NCBI GenBank assembly: GCA_018136815.1
Contig: CM030935.1
Coordinates: forward strand, 6,076,935-6,108,934
Direction of reading: 5' to 3'
DNA from: Isochrysis galbana
Lineage: Eukaryota
Length of the DNA: 32,000 nt
The notes below the pieces were generated by a model. It saw only the letters and a program-made list of their open reading frames with translations, did not search any database and had not been told where the DNA came from. A program made the position numbers and the translations under genes. This document shows, piece after piece, positions 20,311 through 30,454 of the stretch; within the stretch, counting starts at the first letter, position 1, and every line of letters begins with the position of its first letter.

Positions 20311-21710
20311 GAAGAGGTGGGGAAAGGGAACTTAAGGGCGGTGTTAGTAGAAGCGGGAGATCCCGTCAACAGTAGGTGTGTAGCCCAGAATCTTCAGATG
20401 TTTTTTTTTTGTTAGTACCGGGCTAGTGAGAGTAGTGGTACTAATGCTCAGTTAGATTATTGACCTTGCCCTGCCACTATCAGTGCGCGGCGCCAAGGAC
20501 CAAGGATCGCGTATTGATCTCCGGATCCATTCGGAAATCTCTTCCTTTTTTACAGCAACATCACTACAGCATGGCATCTTTGACACAAACTAGATATAGA
20601 AGAGGAGTGCCGTTATGGCCATCCTCACATGGCTTACAGTATGCACACAGCAAGAGCAAGAGCCGAGAGCGCGATAGAGCGTCGTTAGTGATCGTTAGTC
20701 GTTAGTGAGTTGCACTGGTCACACGCCGGCGCAGCAGCCCGTGCGTTGAATGTATTGTCCTGCATCATCCTGCGGAAGGAGAAAGAGATGGCCACACACT
20801 TGCGTGGGATTTGGGCATCACGCCCCCGGCTCGCACGGTTTTCGAATAAATCAGGCACACTCGACACCTCGCGAGGAACTGAAGCTCGTCAGATGGCAGA
20901 ATGCCGGCGACGAGCCGAATGCGTTGATGTGCCCTTCTGACGGCTCCCGTCATGTGATCGCCGTGCTGTTCACAAATCTTAATACGTCGCCTGACATCTC
21001 ACATGTCATGCCTCGAACCTGTAAGGAGGCAGCAGTAGGTGGCGAGGGATAAGCGAGCGAGCGGCCCGTGTCATGCTCTGCGAGGGTGTCAGGGTGTCTG
21101 TGAGATGGATTTCATTCTTGTAGTCGGTTTCTCGTAGTATGATTGCCCTCGGTTCAAAGTGAAGAAAGATGTTGACAGCATATGATTGCTCAGGTCAAGC
21201 GCAGGTTGGTTGTCGTCATAGGGCAAGAGGTGAGATCCGATGTTATGGGAGGTGGGCATGTGACCCACAAGGAATGAGGCTAGCAATGCGTGAATTCCAG
21301 ATTTGGGGTGTGCGCGACTGCCTCTGAACCCGTTCTCATTCAGTGGGCTCTGAGAGCGCCATCCGACTGCTCTTCCTATCGTTTGTGGTATGGATGGTCA
21401 TCATTGGCAATCAAGGGAAAGGGTTGCACGACTAAAGATGTGCAGCATGAACGATGGGCAGCCAAGTGTGGGCCGACCGTGTGCTGTGTATCCTCAGGCT
21501 GGAGTTTGGCACCATCGCCGCGAGGGCTCAGGGCTTCTTAGAGAATTAGCAAGCTTCATCGGATGGCGGTGCTGATTGGTTGGGCAACGGCATCGATTCA
21601 AGGGCATAGGGCGGACGTGGCGTGCTGAGTGAATTGGAGCACAGCAGATAATCAAGCTGCCGAGTGAGAAAGGGTTGTGAGACCCATGACCAGGGGGTTG
21701 TACACTCACC

Positions 21711-22277
21711 TCATGGACACATGAGTGAGTCCCGGGTATCCACTCCCGTCGTCGGGTTCTCGCCTGCTGCGTCCGCCCGGGCGCAGAGCGCCTTGAGCGT
21801 CGTCCCTGGCATGACAGCCTCCGAAAAGTCGGCACCCTTGATGGAGGCCGCGTCTGCAATGGTGCGGGTCAAATATGCAGACTGGAGCACCGCGTTTTCG
21901 AGGTTGGCCCCGTCTAGTCCCGCTTCCTCGAGCGAGGCGCCAGTGAGATCTGCACCCGCAAAGTTGGCCTTAGAAAGGTCCGCCTTGAAGAAGGAGGTGG
22001 AGGCAAGCTTGGCGTTTTCGAAGTTGGCGTTGGCGCCCATGATGCCGCGGAACTCTTTGCCAGTGAGCTTCTGCCCCGAGAAGTCTCTGCCTTCGAGCTC
22101 CTGCCCCGAGAAGTCCTTCCCTCCACCCGAAACGGCGATCGCAGGTGGTGTAGCGAGCAGGCAGAGCGAGAGGCATGCGGGGGCGAGGCAGGCAGCGGCG
22201 TGGGCGAGGGGCTGCGGAAGGCGGAGGGCGTCTGCTTGGCTGGCGAGCCCGAGCAGCAGTGCGCGTGCGAGCGCCAT
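21711..22277 (-). CDS. Pentapeptide-repeat protein with an N-terminal targeting presequence (thylakoid-lumen TL15/TL17-type), 188 aa
   Basis: ATG is at 22277 (MALARALLLGLASQADALRLPQPLAHAAACLAPACLSLCLLATPPAIAVSG). Pentapeptide repeats: KDFSGQELEGRDFSGQKLTGKEFRGIMGANANFENAKLASTSFFKADLSKANFAGADLTGASLEEAGLDGANLENAVLQSAYL. C-terminus: ...ENPTTGVDTRDSLMCP. The track ORF extends upstream to 22787 only because the GA/G tract stays open. Confidence 0.85.
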   Translation of the reverse strand: MALARALLLGLASQADALRLPQPLAHAAACLAPACLSLCLLATPPAIAVSGGGKDFSGQELEGRDFSGQKLTGKEFRGIMGANANFENAKLASTSFFKADLSKANFAGADLTGASLEEAGLDGANLENAVLQSAYLTRTIADAASIKGADFSEAVMPGTTLKALCARADAAGENPTTGVDTRDSLMCP

Positions 22278-22430
22278 GGCACCGGGAGCCGGGAAAGGCC
22301 GGGGAGGGGTCTGGGGGCGGTGTAGAAGCGGCGTGGGTGGGGGGTCGGCTGAGCTGGGAAGAGGCGCGGGAGGAGGGAGGGGGTGGGGAGAGGGGCGGCG
22401 GCGGGAGGCCGCGCGAGTGAGCGAGCGAGC

Positions 22431-22492
22431 GAGAGAGGGAGAGAGAGAGGGAGGGGGAGGGAAGGAGAGAGAGAAAGAGAGAGAGAGGGAGG

Positions 22493-22538
<46 letters not shown>

Positions 22539-22740
22539 AGGAGAGAGAGGGGGGGCGGGAGAGGGAGGGAGAGCGCGAGGACCCCGAGGCTCGCCGCGCC
22601 CCGCCCCCCTCGCCCCCCCTCGCCCCCTCTCGCCCCCTCTCGCCCCCTCTCGCCCCCCCCCCACCCTCCAGGCGGACAGGCTCGAGAGAGAAAAGAAAAA
22701 AGGGGGGGGGGGGGGGGGGGGGGGGGCGGGGCGGGGCCGG
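22431..22740. repeat. GA-rich microsatellite, C-rich CCCCCTCGCC repeats and a G25 homopolymer
   Basis: GA-rich at 22431-22560; (CGCCCCCT)n-like at 22590-22660; G25 at 22702-22726. Confidence 0.9.
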
Positions 22741-22785
22741 GGGGGCCGACCCCGCCTGAGGCGAGAGGCGGGCCCACCCGCACGC

Positions 22786-23195
22786 ACTAGAGATAGAATA
22801 AAGTACCCCTGTAGTCCTAGATGGGAAATACGTATTTACCGTTTTTGGCCAGAGGCCAAATACATATGTATTTGGCCGTATTTGAAGCGTGTCAAAGGAT
22901 TGTAGGCCTCGAATGTATTTGAAATGTATTTGGCCGGGAGCCAATTACATATGTATTTGGCTGTATTTGCAGGCCCCAGCACCATATTTCCCATCTAGGC
23001 CTGTAGTCCCCGAGTTTTAAGCCGGGAGGGGGGGGCTGGCTCGGCGGCCAACTAGAAAACTGTTGCCGCGAGGGGGTGGGGCACGTACTAGAGATAAAGT
23101 ACCCCTGTAGTCCCGAGTTTAAAGCCGGACGGGGGGGGGCGGGGGGGGCTGGCTCGGCGGCCAACTAGAAAACTGCCGCCGCGAGGGGGTGGGGG
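22786..23195 (+). repeat. Tandem duplication of a unit of about 105 bp (ACTAGAGATAAAGTACCCCTGTAGTCCCGAGTTTAAGCCGG..GCTGGCTCGGCGGCCAACTAGAAAACTG..GCCGCGAGGGGGTGGGG); the first copy is interrupted by a MITE
   Basis: Copy 1 is 22786-22815 plus 23000-23086. Copy 2 is 23087-23195. A possible degenerate third copy lies upstream at about 22690-22785. Confidence 0.7.
22816..22999. mobile_element. 184-bp MITE with perfect 15-bp TIRs and an 8-bp target-site duplication
   Basis: The left TIR CCTAGATGGGAAATA (22816-22830) is the exact reverse complement of the right TIR TATTTCCCATCTAGG (22985-22999). The flanking direct repeat CCTGTAGT sits at 22808-22815 and 23000-23007. The interior has GTATTTGG words and a 16-bp palindrome AAATACATATGTATTT. 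Confidence 0.75.
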
Positions 23196-23300
23196 GGGGT
23201 GGGGGGCTCCTCGGGTGGAGACCGCGGACTCAAGGCGAAGGCACCACAAAACAGTAGTAACAGCGGCGAGAGGAGAGGGGAAAAGGGAGAGCAGGCGGAG

Positions 23301-23531
<231 letters not shown>

Positions 23532-23622
23532 CGAAGTCGAGCGAGTGGTGTGAGGCGCTCTCGGTGGCGCCAACTACTCCTTCGTGCCTACCCGCTCCTC
23601 GCCGATGAGCTCGGCGAGCGGG

Positions 23623-25178
23623 ATGGCGCGCGGGCAGAAGGAGAAGACAAGGCAGTTCTGCGTCTTCACTGGAGCCAGGTCCGCCGGCCATGCCACGCGC
23701 GAACCACACACAGCCTCGAATGCCAATGCACGGCCGCCGCTCTCTCTCTCTCCACCGCTCTCTCCCTCTCTTCCCTCCCCCTCCCTTTCTCCCTCTTCAT
23801 CCTGCCCCCCGCTCTCCTCTCTCCGTCTCTCGATCGCTCTCGCTCGACCCCCACTCTCCTCCCTTCAAGACGTCCTGCGCCGCCGGCCTGCCGCTCTCTC
23901 AACTCCCTCTCTCCACTATGAATGCAGTGAGCGGGTGGCCATCTCAATGCTCAAGCGCACCGACTGGCATTTGGAATCAGCAGTAGACACCTTCTTCTCA
24001 GCGAGCGGTGGCGGCGGATTCTCTGCCGGACCAAGGGTGGACACGGCCAAGATCGGGAAGCTGTTTGACAGCTACAGGGGTGCGCTCCTTAGGTGTCCCG
24101 AGTTCTTCCCGGTCTCTTGCTTGCCCTACGATCTGGAGGCATTGACGTCTGAGCCCGTCGTGCCGCTGCAGATGAGGGTGAAGAGGACATCGGGATATCG
24201 GGACTAGAGCGTTTCTGCAGCGATCTGGGTGTGGAACCGACCGACGTCATCATGCTCCTCATAGCTTGGCGGGTGTGCCAGATCACTCTTCTCCACTGGC
24301 ACGTGCACTTGCAGTGGTCTCATGCCCCCATGCGGACTTCCCGTTGCGCAGATGAAAGCGGCCACTATGTGCGTCTTCACGCGTGACGAGTGGATTCGAG
24401 GATTCTCGGCAGTGGGCGCGGACACCATCGACAAGATGAAGGCCGCGTTCCCTGCCCTGCGTGCTCAGCTTGATGAACCCACCGCTTTTCGTGACTTTTA
24501 CGGCTTTTGCTTCGGCTTCGCCAAAGACCCTAGCTTTGGCGTGCGAACATTGCCGATGGACGTCGCCTCTCAGATGTGGCAGCTCATTCTCGGTCAGCGC
24601 TTCAAATACCTTGACGCGTGGCTTGAGTTCTGTGAGGTGAGTCCGGGTGTGGAAGCTATCGTCCTTGATAGCTCCTTCCGCAAGTTCGATGTACAGTACT
24701 TCAGCTGCTTAAGGGTCCCGCCGAAGTTCTTGAACTGTCCACTGTCCCGATACGCAAACTCACCATGGAGCCATTCCGTACTGAATGACAGATCAAGCAG
24801 GTGAAAGCTGTGACGAAGGATGTGTGGGACATGCTGTTGACTTTCAGCACCTCAATCAATGACGACATGTCCAACTTCGATGAGGATGGGGCTTGGCCGG
24901 TGTGCTAGCCCCGAGAGGATTCGTGTACACATGGGCGGGCGCCACCAGCATGTGAAGATATGGACAAACCTGCTGACTCGGCCTCGCTCTAGCGGAGCAC
25001 AATCCTCTTTTGACCCAGCATGAAAGATATGGAGAGTCCTGCTGACTCGACCTCGGTCGAGTGGAGCGGAATCCTTTTTTGACCTCTCCGCTAGCTGCTG
25101 ACCCGCCGTGCCACGGATGCGTCTCAGGTTTTGTTGGACGAGTTCGTCGAGTGGTGGCACGAGAAGAAGGTGGCTTAA
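23623..25178 (+). CDS. DCN1-like (DCUN1D family) cullin-neddylation co-E3; join(23623..23678,23928..24079,24172..24272,24352..24636,24801..24899,25128..25178), 247 aa
   Basis: The spliced product reads MARGQKEKTRQFCVFTGA-SERVAISMLKRTDWHLESAVDTFF...KIGKLFDSYR-DEGEEDIGISGLERFCSDLGVEPTDVIMLLIAWR-MKAATMCVFTRDEWIRGFSAVGADTIDKMKAAFPALRAQLDEPTAFRDFYGFCFGFAKDP...MWQLILGQRFKYLDAWLEFCE-VKAVTKDVWDMLLTFSTSINDDMSNFDEDGAWP-VLLDEFVEWWHEKKVA. It is collinear with human DCUN1D1 (UBA-like N-terminus plus PONY domain). All five introns are GT..AG with compatible phases, and the total is a multiple of 3. An alternative ATG is at 23605, and an alternative exon-5 acceptor is at 24792. Confidence 0.9.
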
Positions 25179-26999
25179 CGTATCAACGAACGACGGTCGT
25201 TGCGATGGAGGAATATCTTTGCGATCGACGTGATGGTCGTATCCTTTATCCTTGAGAACATGGTGTTACTCGTTTGTAGGCGCTTCCCCCTCCGTTCACT
25301 CAACACTCAGCAGTCTGCCTAGTAAAACGGCTTATAGTGCAAAGGTGACAACACTTGAAGATCGCGTATGGTGGCCACGAGCTTTGGTGCCGTGCGGTGC
25401 CGTTGATGGTGGTATTGTCATCAGCATGGATGGGCCGTCCTTCCAACATATTGGACAAACCCAGGCTATTCGGTGCCCTCGCTGCCTTTGGAACCCATCA
25501 TTACTTACGAATGCTTTCTAGCGCCAGCATCGGTATTGCATTCGCAATGTAGCCACATTTGCATCGCGTGTTTTCTCGACGTGATGTGCCTAGAAGATAA
25601 AACTCTGTGGGGACACCGTCCACGAGTTTCTCGCGAGGTGTGCATTGTTCTCTTCGCACGAGTCGATCCTGGCAAGAGTCTTGATCTCGCTGGGGTTCTT
25701 CTTGAGTATTTCGTATTTCGCCTCGCGCACGCACAGCTACCAGCGCTGACTCTACCGATACTTCCTTCCATGTCCCCAGTCGCTTAGTATCGATGAGAGT
25801 TTTATGGCAAGCAGATTGTGGGTGGAGCCCACAAGGGCCAATGCGTGGCCGGCGATGTGAGGTCTGCGTGGAACGAGCGTGAGAGGCCGCACTTTAGGCC
25901 CGTTTTTTTTTGGCCGGTGCCAAGTAAACACACACAAAAAAATCTGATGACTAAAGATTCAGGGCTGCACGCTACACATGCTGGTAAGTAGGAGAAACAC
26001 AAGAAATAGAAAAAAAGACGAAAAATGAGAAAATACCCCATGAGGGATGCCCCCGGGCAAGACCAAAAGCGCTCAATTATCCCCATCCCTGCTAACGCAC
26101 CTTTCGTTGTCACCTGGAGGTTACTTGACTCAACTTGACACTTCACATGTTGAAACACACACGTGGTCTGACTCCATTCACTCGATTTGGGGCAGGGTCG
26201 ATATCTCGTTGAAATCTCACGATCCACGTCTCACACCAAAGAGCACTGATGAGTGTAGCTGTATGTCCACACCAAAGAGCGCCACCGACCGCGTAAAAAG
26301 CAGACAACAAGTTTCGTCACAGGTCTACATGGAGGGCCACCAGCCCCCCCCCCCCCCTACACGCGAGGCCCAAAGTAGTAGTGCACATGGGCCGACCCCC
26401 CGATACCGAACAAAAAGGACGCTGAAGGCGTGAGAGATCGTGGCGGAAGGCGTGGCGGTCGGCGGGAAAAGAGAAAAGAAAAGCGAAGATACGGGAGAGG
26501 GGCACGGAAACACTCAAGGGAGTAAACAGGGCGGGGTGGGTAAGAAACAAGGAAGGGGGGCCTAGGGACTGTGCCGGGAAGATGGGGGAGGTCTCCCCCG
26601 CGGCCCCGGGGCAGCGGTCCTCGGGAATACCAAGAGGGGGGGGGGGGGGGGAGAAAGGAAGGGGGCCGCTGACGGCGGGCCTTCGGCCGAAACGGACCTT
26701 CGGGGCATCCCGGCGAGGGAGAGGGGGAAACTAGTCCACTCGGCGCGCGGGGACGGACTCCCCCTACCGGCAACAACACACGTAGCGCAATCAACAGCGT
26801 ATAAATCCTTAATAGAGCCTAACTAAGCACCTATTTGCCTGCATGAAATCCCAACCCATTTAAAAGAACAAAAGAGAAAGCGATGGCAAACCAACCAAAT
26901 GTCAAGTGCCAACTGCCGCCTCCCGGCCCTCTTTGCTCTCTAACCGGAGGCATTAGTGGACGCACGAAAGGTGTACTATTGCGATTTCTTTGCACCAAC

Positions 27000-29144
27000 T
27001 CAAAGCTCGTCATGGGTAGCCTGACTTTGTGTCGTTAGATCGGCGCTACAACTATCCAAGACGCTTCGCACCTGGTGCAAGGTTGGGGTTTGTCGATCCT
27101 CATTGGCGAGTCTGCCGAACGTGACGCCTAGTGCGTCCGCGGAGTCTGTTTCGTCATACCGCGCAAGCGTGGCCTCCCGACTGAACCACAAGTTGACGCC
27201 AAGGTGGAAACCAAGATCCGGGTCTGCCTCGGAAAAAACGTGGTGGTGATGGCCGCGGGGGAGATACAAGCAATCGCCGGCATGGATCTCCGCGTACGTG
27301 TGCTCAGCCAAGGCGAGCACAACATCAGGATATGCGCCCAGATCTAGCGCCGCGAAATTAATGCCACCTGTGTTGTTGGACACAATCCCTGTGTCATAAT
27401 GACGGCCCATGCCGCGCTTAGGATGGTATTTGGCCTGCCAATCGGCGCGCAAATTGTAGTAAAGCCACTTGCCCGTGTGGGGCGGGAAGAGGAGGACGTG
27501 CTTGGTGCCTACAACACGCGGCGCGCAATACGTCGACGAGAGATTCATTGTGAGCAACGAGCGCTTGCACGGAAGCCAAGGTAGCCTATATACCCCCAAT
27601 GTGAATACCCAAGTGTGCTCCCCATACGTATGGACGCGGGCGCACCGTGAATAAGACAGAGGAAGTTATCTTGTGGATCGTTGTGGAGCGTGTTGCGGAA
27701 TAGACCGTCACCGAGCCACACGTTGAGGTCGTGGATGCGGAGCCTCTCCATCCAGCTAACAGGAATTGTGACGTCCTGCAGTAAGCGCGGCATTGACCAT
27801 AGCGTCGCCTGTGCCGGGAGGTGCACGCCATCAGGCTCACGCACTAAAGCTGGCGCCTCGTGCGTGTAGGACTGGGTGAATGTCTCTGCCGATGGGGCGG
27901 CGCGATAACAATTGTGCAGTGACACAGAGCACATACACAAACAGTAGATGTGGGAGTCAAAGCGCATGTGGTATGCATAGACTTGCCTGGCGCGTGTAGA
28001 GAGCTAGGCCATCGCGCAACTCCACCTTGCGGTGTAGGTGTTGGACCAAGTCAGCAAGACGAACTGTGGAGTGAGGCGGCCGGATCATCTTGTCCTCGCG
28101 TACTTCAAATTCATTGCGATCTGGCACTATCGTCACATCCACTAGGTCATTTCCGCCCTCCCTCTCTGCCGACAAATGCTTCACCGTCCAAGCAATGTTC
28201 GGCTGCCACTCACTTGCCGCTTGACGTAAGACGACCGGCAATGCCGTCTCGATGATGCGCCGGATTTCAGCTTGCGCCGAGGCTGGGTCGGCTGCCAGCT
28301 TGACCTCCGCAGCGAGGGGTGTGCGAAAGCGCTCGGCCCACCCCCCTTGCTCCGAACCCCCTGATGATTCGCTCACTGGCACGCCTCGATGAACCCTGTC
28401 GAGCGCTTCACTCAATCCGGCGATGCAGGAGCGCTCGATACACTTAGCCGGAGCCGTGTCGGACACATTGCGCAGGACTTCAGCCCAGTCCGCGATCAGC
28501 GCCTCCTTGGCCGGGTCGAGAAAGTGCTGCCGCCCCGTCCGCCAAATACAGCCCGCCTCTAGCTTGCGTCCCTGCATGAGCAAGTTGTTGAAGAGCAATG
28601 GCATAGCGACTATGGGGGCGACCGAGGATACGCGGCGCAACATGCGCTCAGCGTCGGCCCAACGATGATTATTCATAAGGAGATGATAGAGACTGCGCAT
28701 TGCCGACTCGTGATCTGGCGTGATGACGAGTGCTTTGCGAAGGAGCTCCTCGCGCTCCGCCTCATGCGTATGCGTGGCGCCGAGCGCATGTGCGAGTGTG
28801 ACAAGCCATTCGCTCGACGGCTCGCCCAGCTCTATGGCTCTACGGAGAGAGGCCTGCGCGGCATCAGGCTGTCTACTGCGCAGGTAGGCGACACCCAACT
28901 CGTACTGCAGCCCCGCCTCCGCTGGCGCTAGCTCAACAGCACGCTCGAGGCTCTCCGCAGCGGCTCGGTGGAACTTGTGCTCGGCGTACGCAGCCGCGAG
29001 TGCCGCGTGGGCGTGCGCATCACGCGGCGCGCGCTCAAGAGCAGCGCGCAGATCTGCTGTCGCCTTCTCCACCGCCCGCTGCTTCTCCGCCGTCGGCTGC
29101 ACCAGCGGCGCGAGCAGCGCCAGTACGAGCACGCCTGCCGTCAT
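27000..29144 (-). CDS. Signal peptide + TPR repeats + JmjC/cupin 2OG-Fe(II) oxygenase ending in HDEL; join(29144..27987,27808..27646,27508..27000), 609 aa
   Basis: N-terminus: MTAGVLVLALLAPLVQPTAEKQ. TPR-like helices: AHAALAAAYAEHKFHRAAAESLERAVELAPAEAGLQYELGVAYLRSRQPDAAQASLRRAIELG... JmjC: ALPVVLRQAASEWQPNIAWTVKHL...LYTRQ|ATLWSMPRLLQDVTIPVSWMERLRIHDLNVWLGDGLFRNTLHNDPQDNFLCLIH-G|TKHVLLFPP...GDCLYLPRGHHHHVFSE...VNLWF. The last codons read T-H-D-E-L-stop (27014-27000). Intron 27509-27645 is G|GTGCGC...GTTGTAG|GC (phase 1). The first junction is uncertain and may be a GC-AG intron. Confidence 0.85.
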
Positions 29145-30363
29145 CTCACCGACGGGCGCCGCCGCCGTGTCGTCGGCAGTGGGGTGCCCCTACCCATGAG
29201 GTCTTTTGTCCGGGGAGGTGAACAAAATAGCACCTCTGTACCTTCCCTGTCTGGGTCGGGGGCGCGACTTTCGAAGGTCGCGTTCCGTCGAAAGAATATC
29301 TAGGAGTAGAGGCTAGAGCTTCTAATTGAGCAACGTTTTTCGTAAACTGTTATAAAAATGGACTGAAACGTGTTAGGAGGCTCAAAGAGGCATTGGGGGC
29401 ATGGCCCATACACCCTCTGCGCCGAGCACAAAAGCAATCGCCGATTCATCACCTGAACAAAAAGTTGTGTTGAAATTGTGCACGCACGACATTCGATAGA
29501 CCAGCAAGCTTCTCTCTCAGCACACTACTCACTGCTCCGAGTCATCATGGAGACAAGCCCCGGCCTCCCCTGCTGCTTCTAGCGCGTGATCAGCGCTAGA
29601 GCCGGGCTCACAAGCATTGGCACTGCCCCTGCGCGTTGCCACACACTCCCTAACCTTGCACAATCAATCCGCGTTTCGGTCCACACTTTGGGCAACGCTT
29701 CCATCCCGACCACGGGCACGGGACAACGCCACAAGCGCACGCGAACTCACACACCGAAAGTGCGGCTTCTCGCGCCCGGGCGCGTTCGGAGTCGTCATGC
29801 TCACGCTCCATGCGCGCCTTCTTCGTCTTTTGCTGCACCAATGCTGCCGCGCATCTTCTTCTTCCTTGTTTGTCCCTCTTCGCCTTCTCAGCCTTTAGGT
29901 CGCGAAGAGTCACCGAGCCGGACAGCTCGAACAGACGCGCGCGCTTCCGTGGCCCACCGGCGGCATCGGCGACATCATCGCCTTGTGTTGCCTTGTCGCA
30001 TCCAGAGTATTTTATATACTCTAGGCGGATGCGGTGCTTCTATCAATGTGTAGTGTGTGAGAAAATTGAGTGAGTTTTGTTTTTGCCAATGAGTTGCGTC
30101 GAAGCTCCGCCGCATTGCACGCCGCATTTGTTCGTTTGTCCTTATTTGTTTCGTTGGTTTGTTGGTTTGTTTGTGCGATGTTGCGTTAGCGTTAGTTTTC
30201 TCGGAGTTTTCTTGTTGGTGAGTGAGTGAGATGTGGGGTGGTGTCTTGTGGGCCTTCGTCGCGATGTAGCGCGCCCTTTCCCTCTCTCTCAAGACTTCTC
30301 TACACTCCATGCCCTCCTAGCCCCGCTGAGACTCTGATAGGGCGTGGAATTACCCCCCAAGAG

Positions 30364-30454
30364 CGCTATCTAGATAGAAGTAGATAGTGCCAAATTGCTA
30401 TCTAGTTAGATATAGATAGTGCCCGGCGCTATCTAGTTAGATGTAGATAGTTGA
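30364..30454 (+). repeat. Three tandem 31-33-bp repeats (GCTATCTAGWTAGAWRTAGATAGTGCC)
   Basis: Copies start at 30364, 30397 and 30428. They are followed by the 12-bp palindrome CTAGATATCTAG at 30464-30475. Confidence 0.7.

Noticed and set aside
20381-20425. A 45-bp segment TAGCCCAG...T10...ACCGGGCTA resembling paired termini of the hAT-like family (a possible mini-element or footprint)
   Set aside because: Only 7 of the 8 terminal bases match, the inner TIR positions diverge, and the flanks (TAGGTGTG / GTGAGAGT) give no TSD. This may be chance.
21664-22944. A 413-aa ORF (+) and 289-358-aa ORFs (-) spanning the pentapeptide gene and the GA/G tract
   Set aside because: The + ORF is antisense to the pentapeptide CDS and then reads through microsatellite. 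Of the minus-strand ORFs, only 21711..22277 from MALARALL is credible. The upstream extension and the other frames are repeat translations.
29640-30035. An open frame on the minus strand ending ...CEFACACGVVPCPWSGWKRCPKCGPKRGLIVQG, with a basic PRKRARL stretch
   Set aside because: It has no upstream ATG (only an internal Met), no domain I can name, and no splice context I can support. It might be a TE-derived or zinc-ribbon exon, but the evidence is insufficient.
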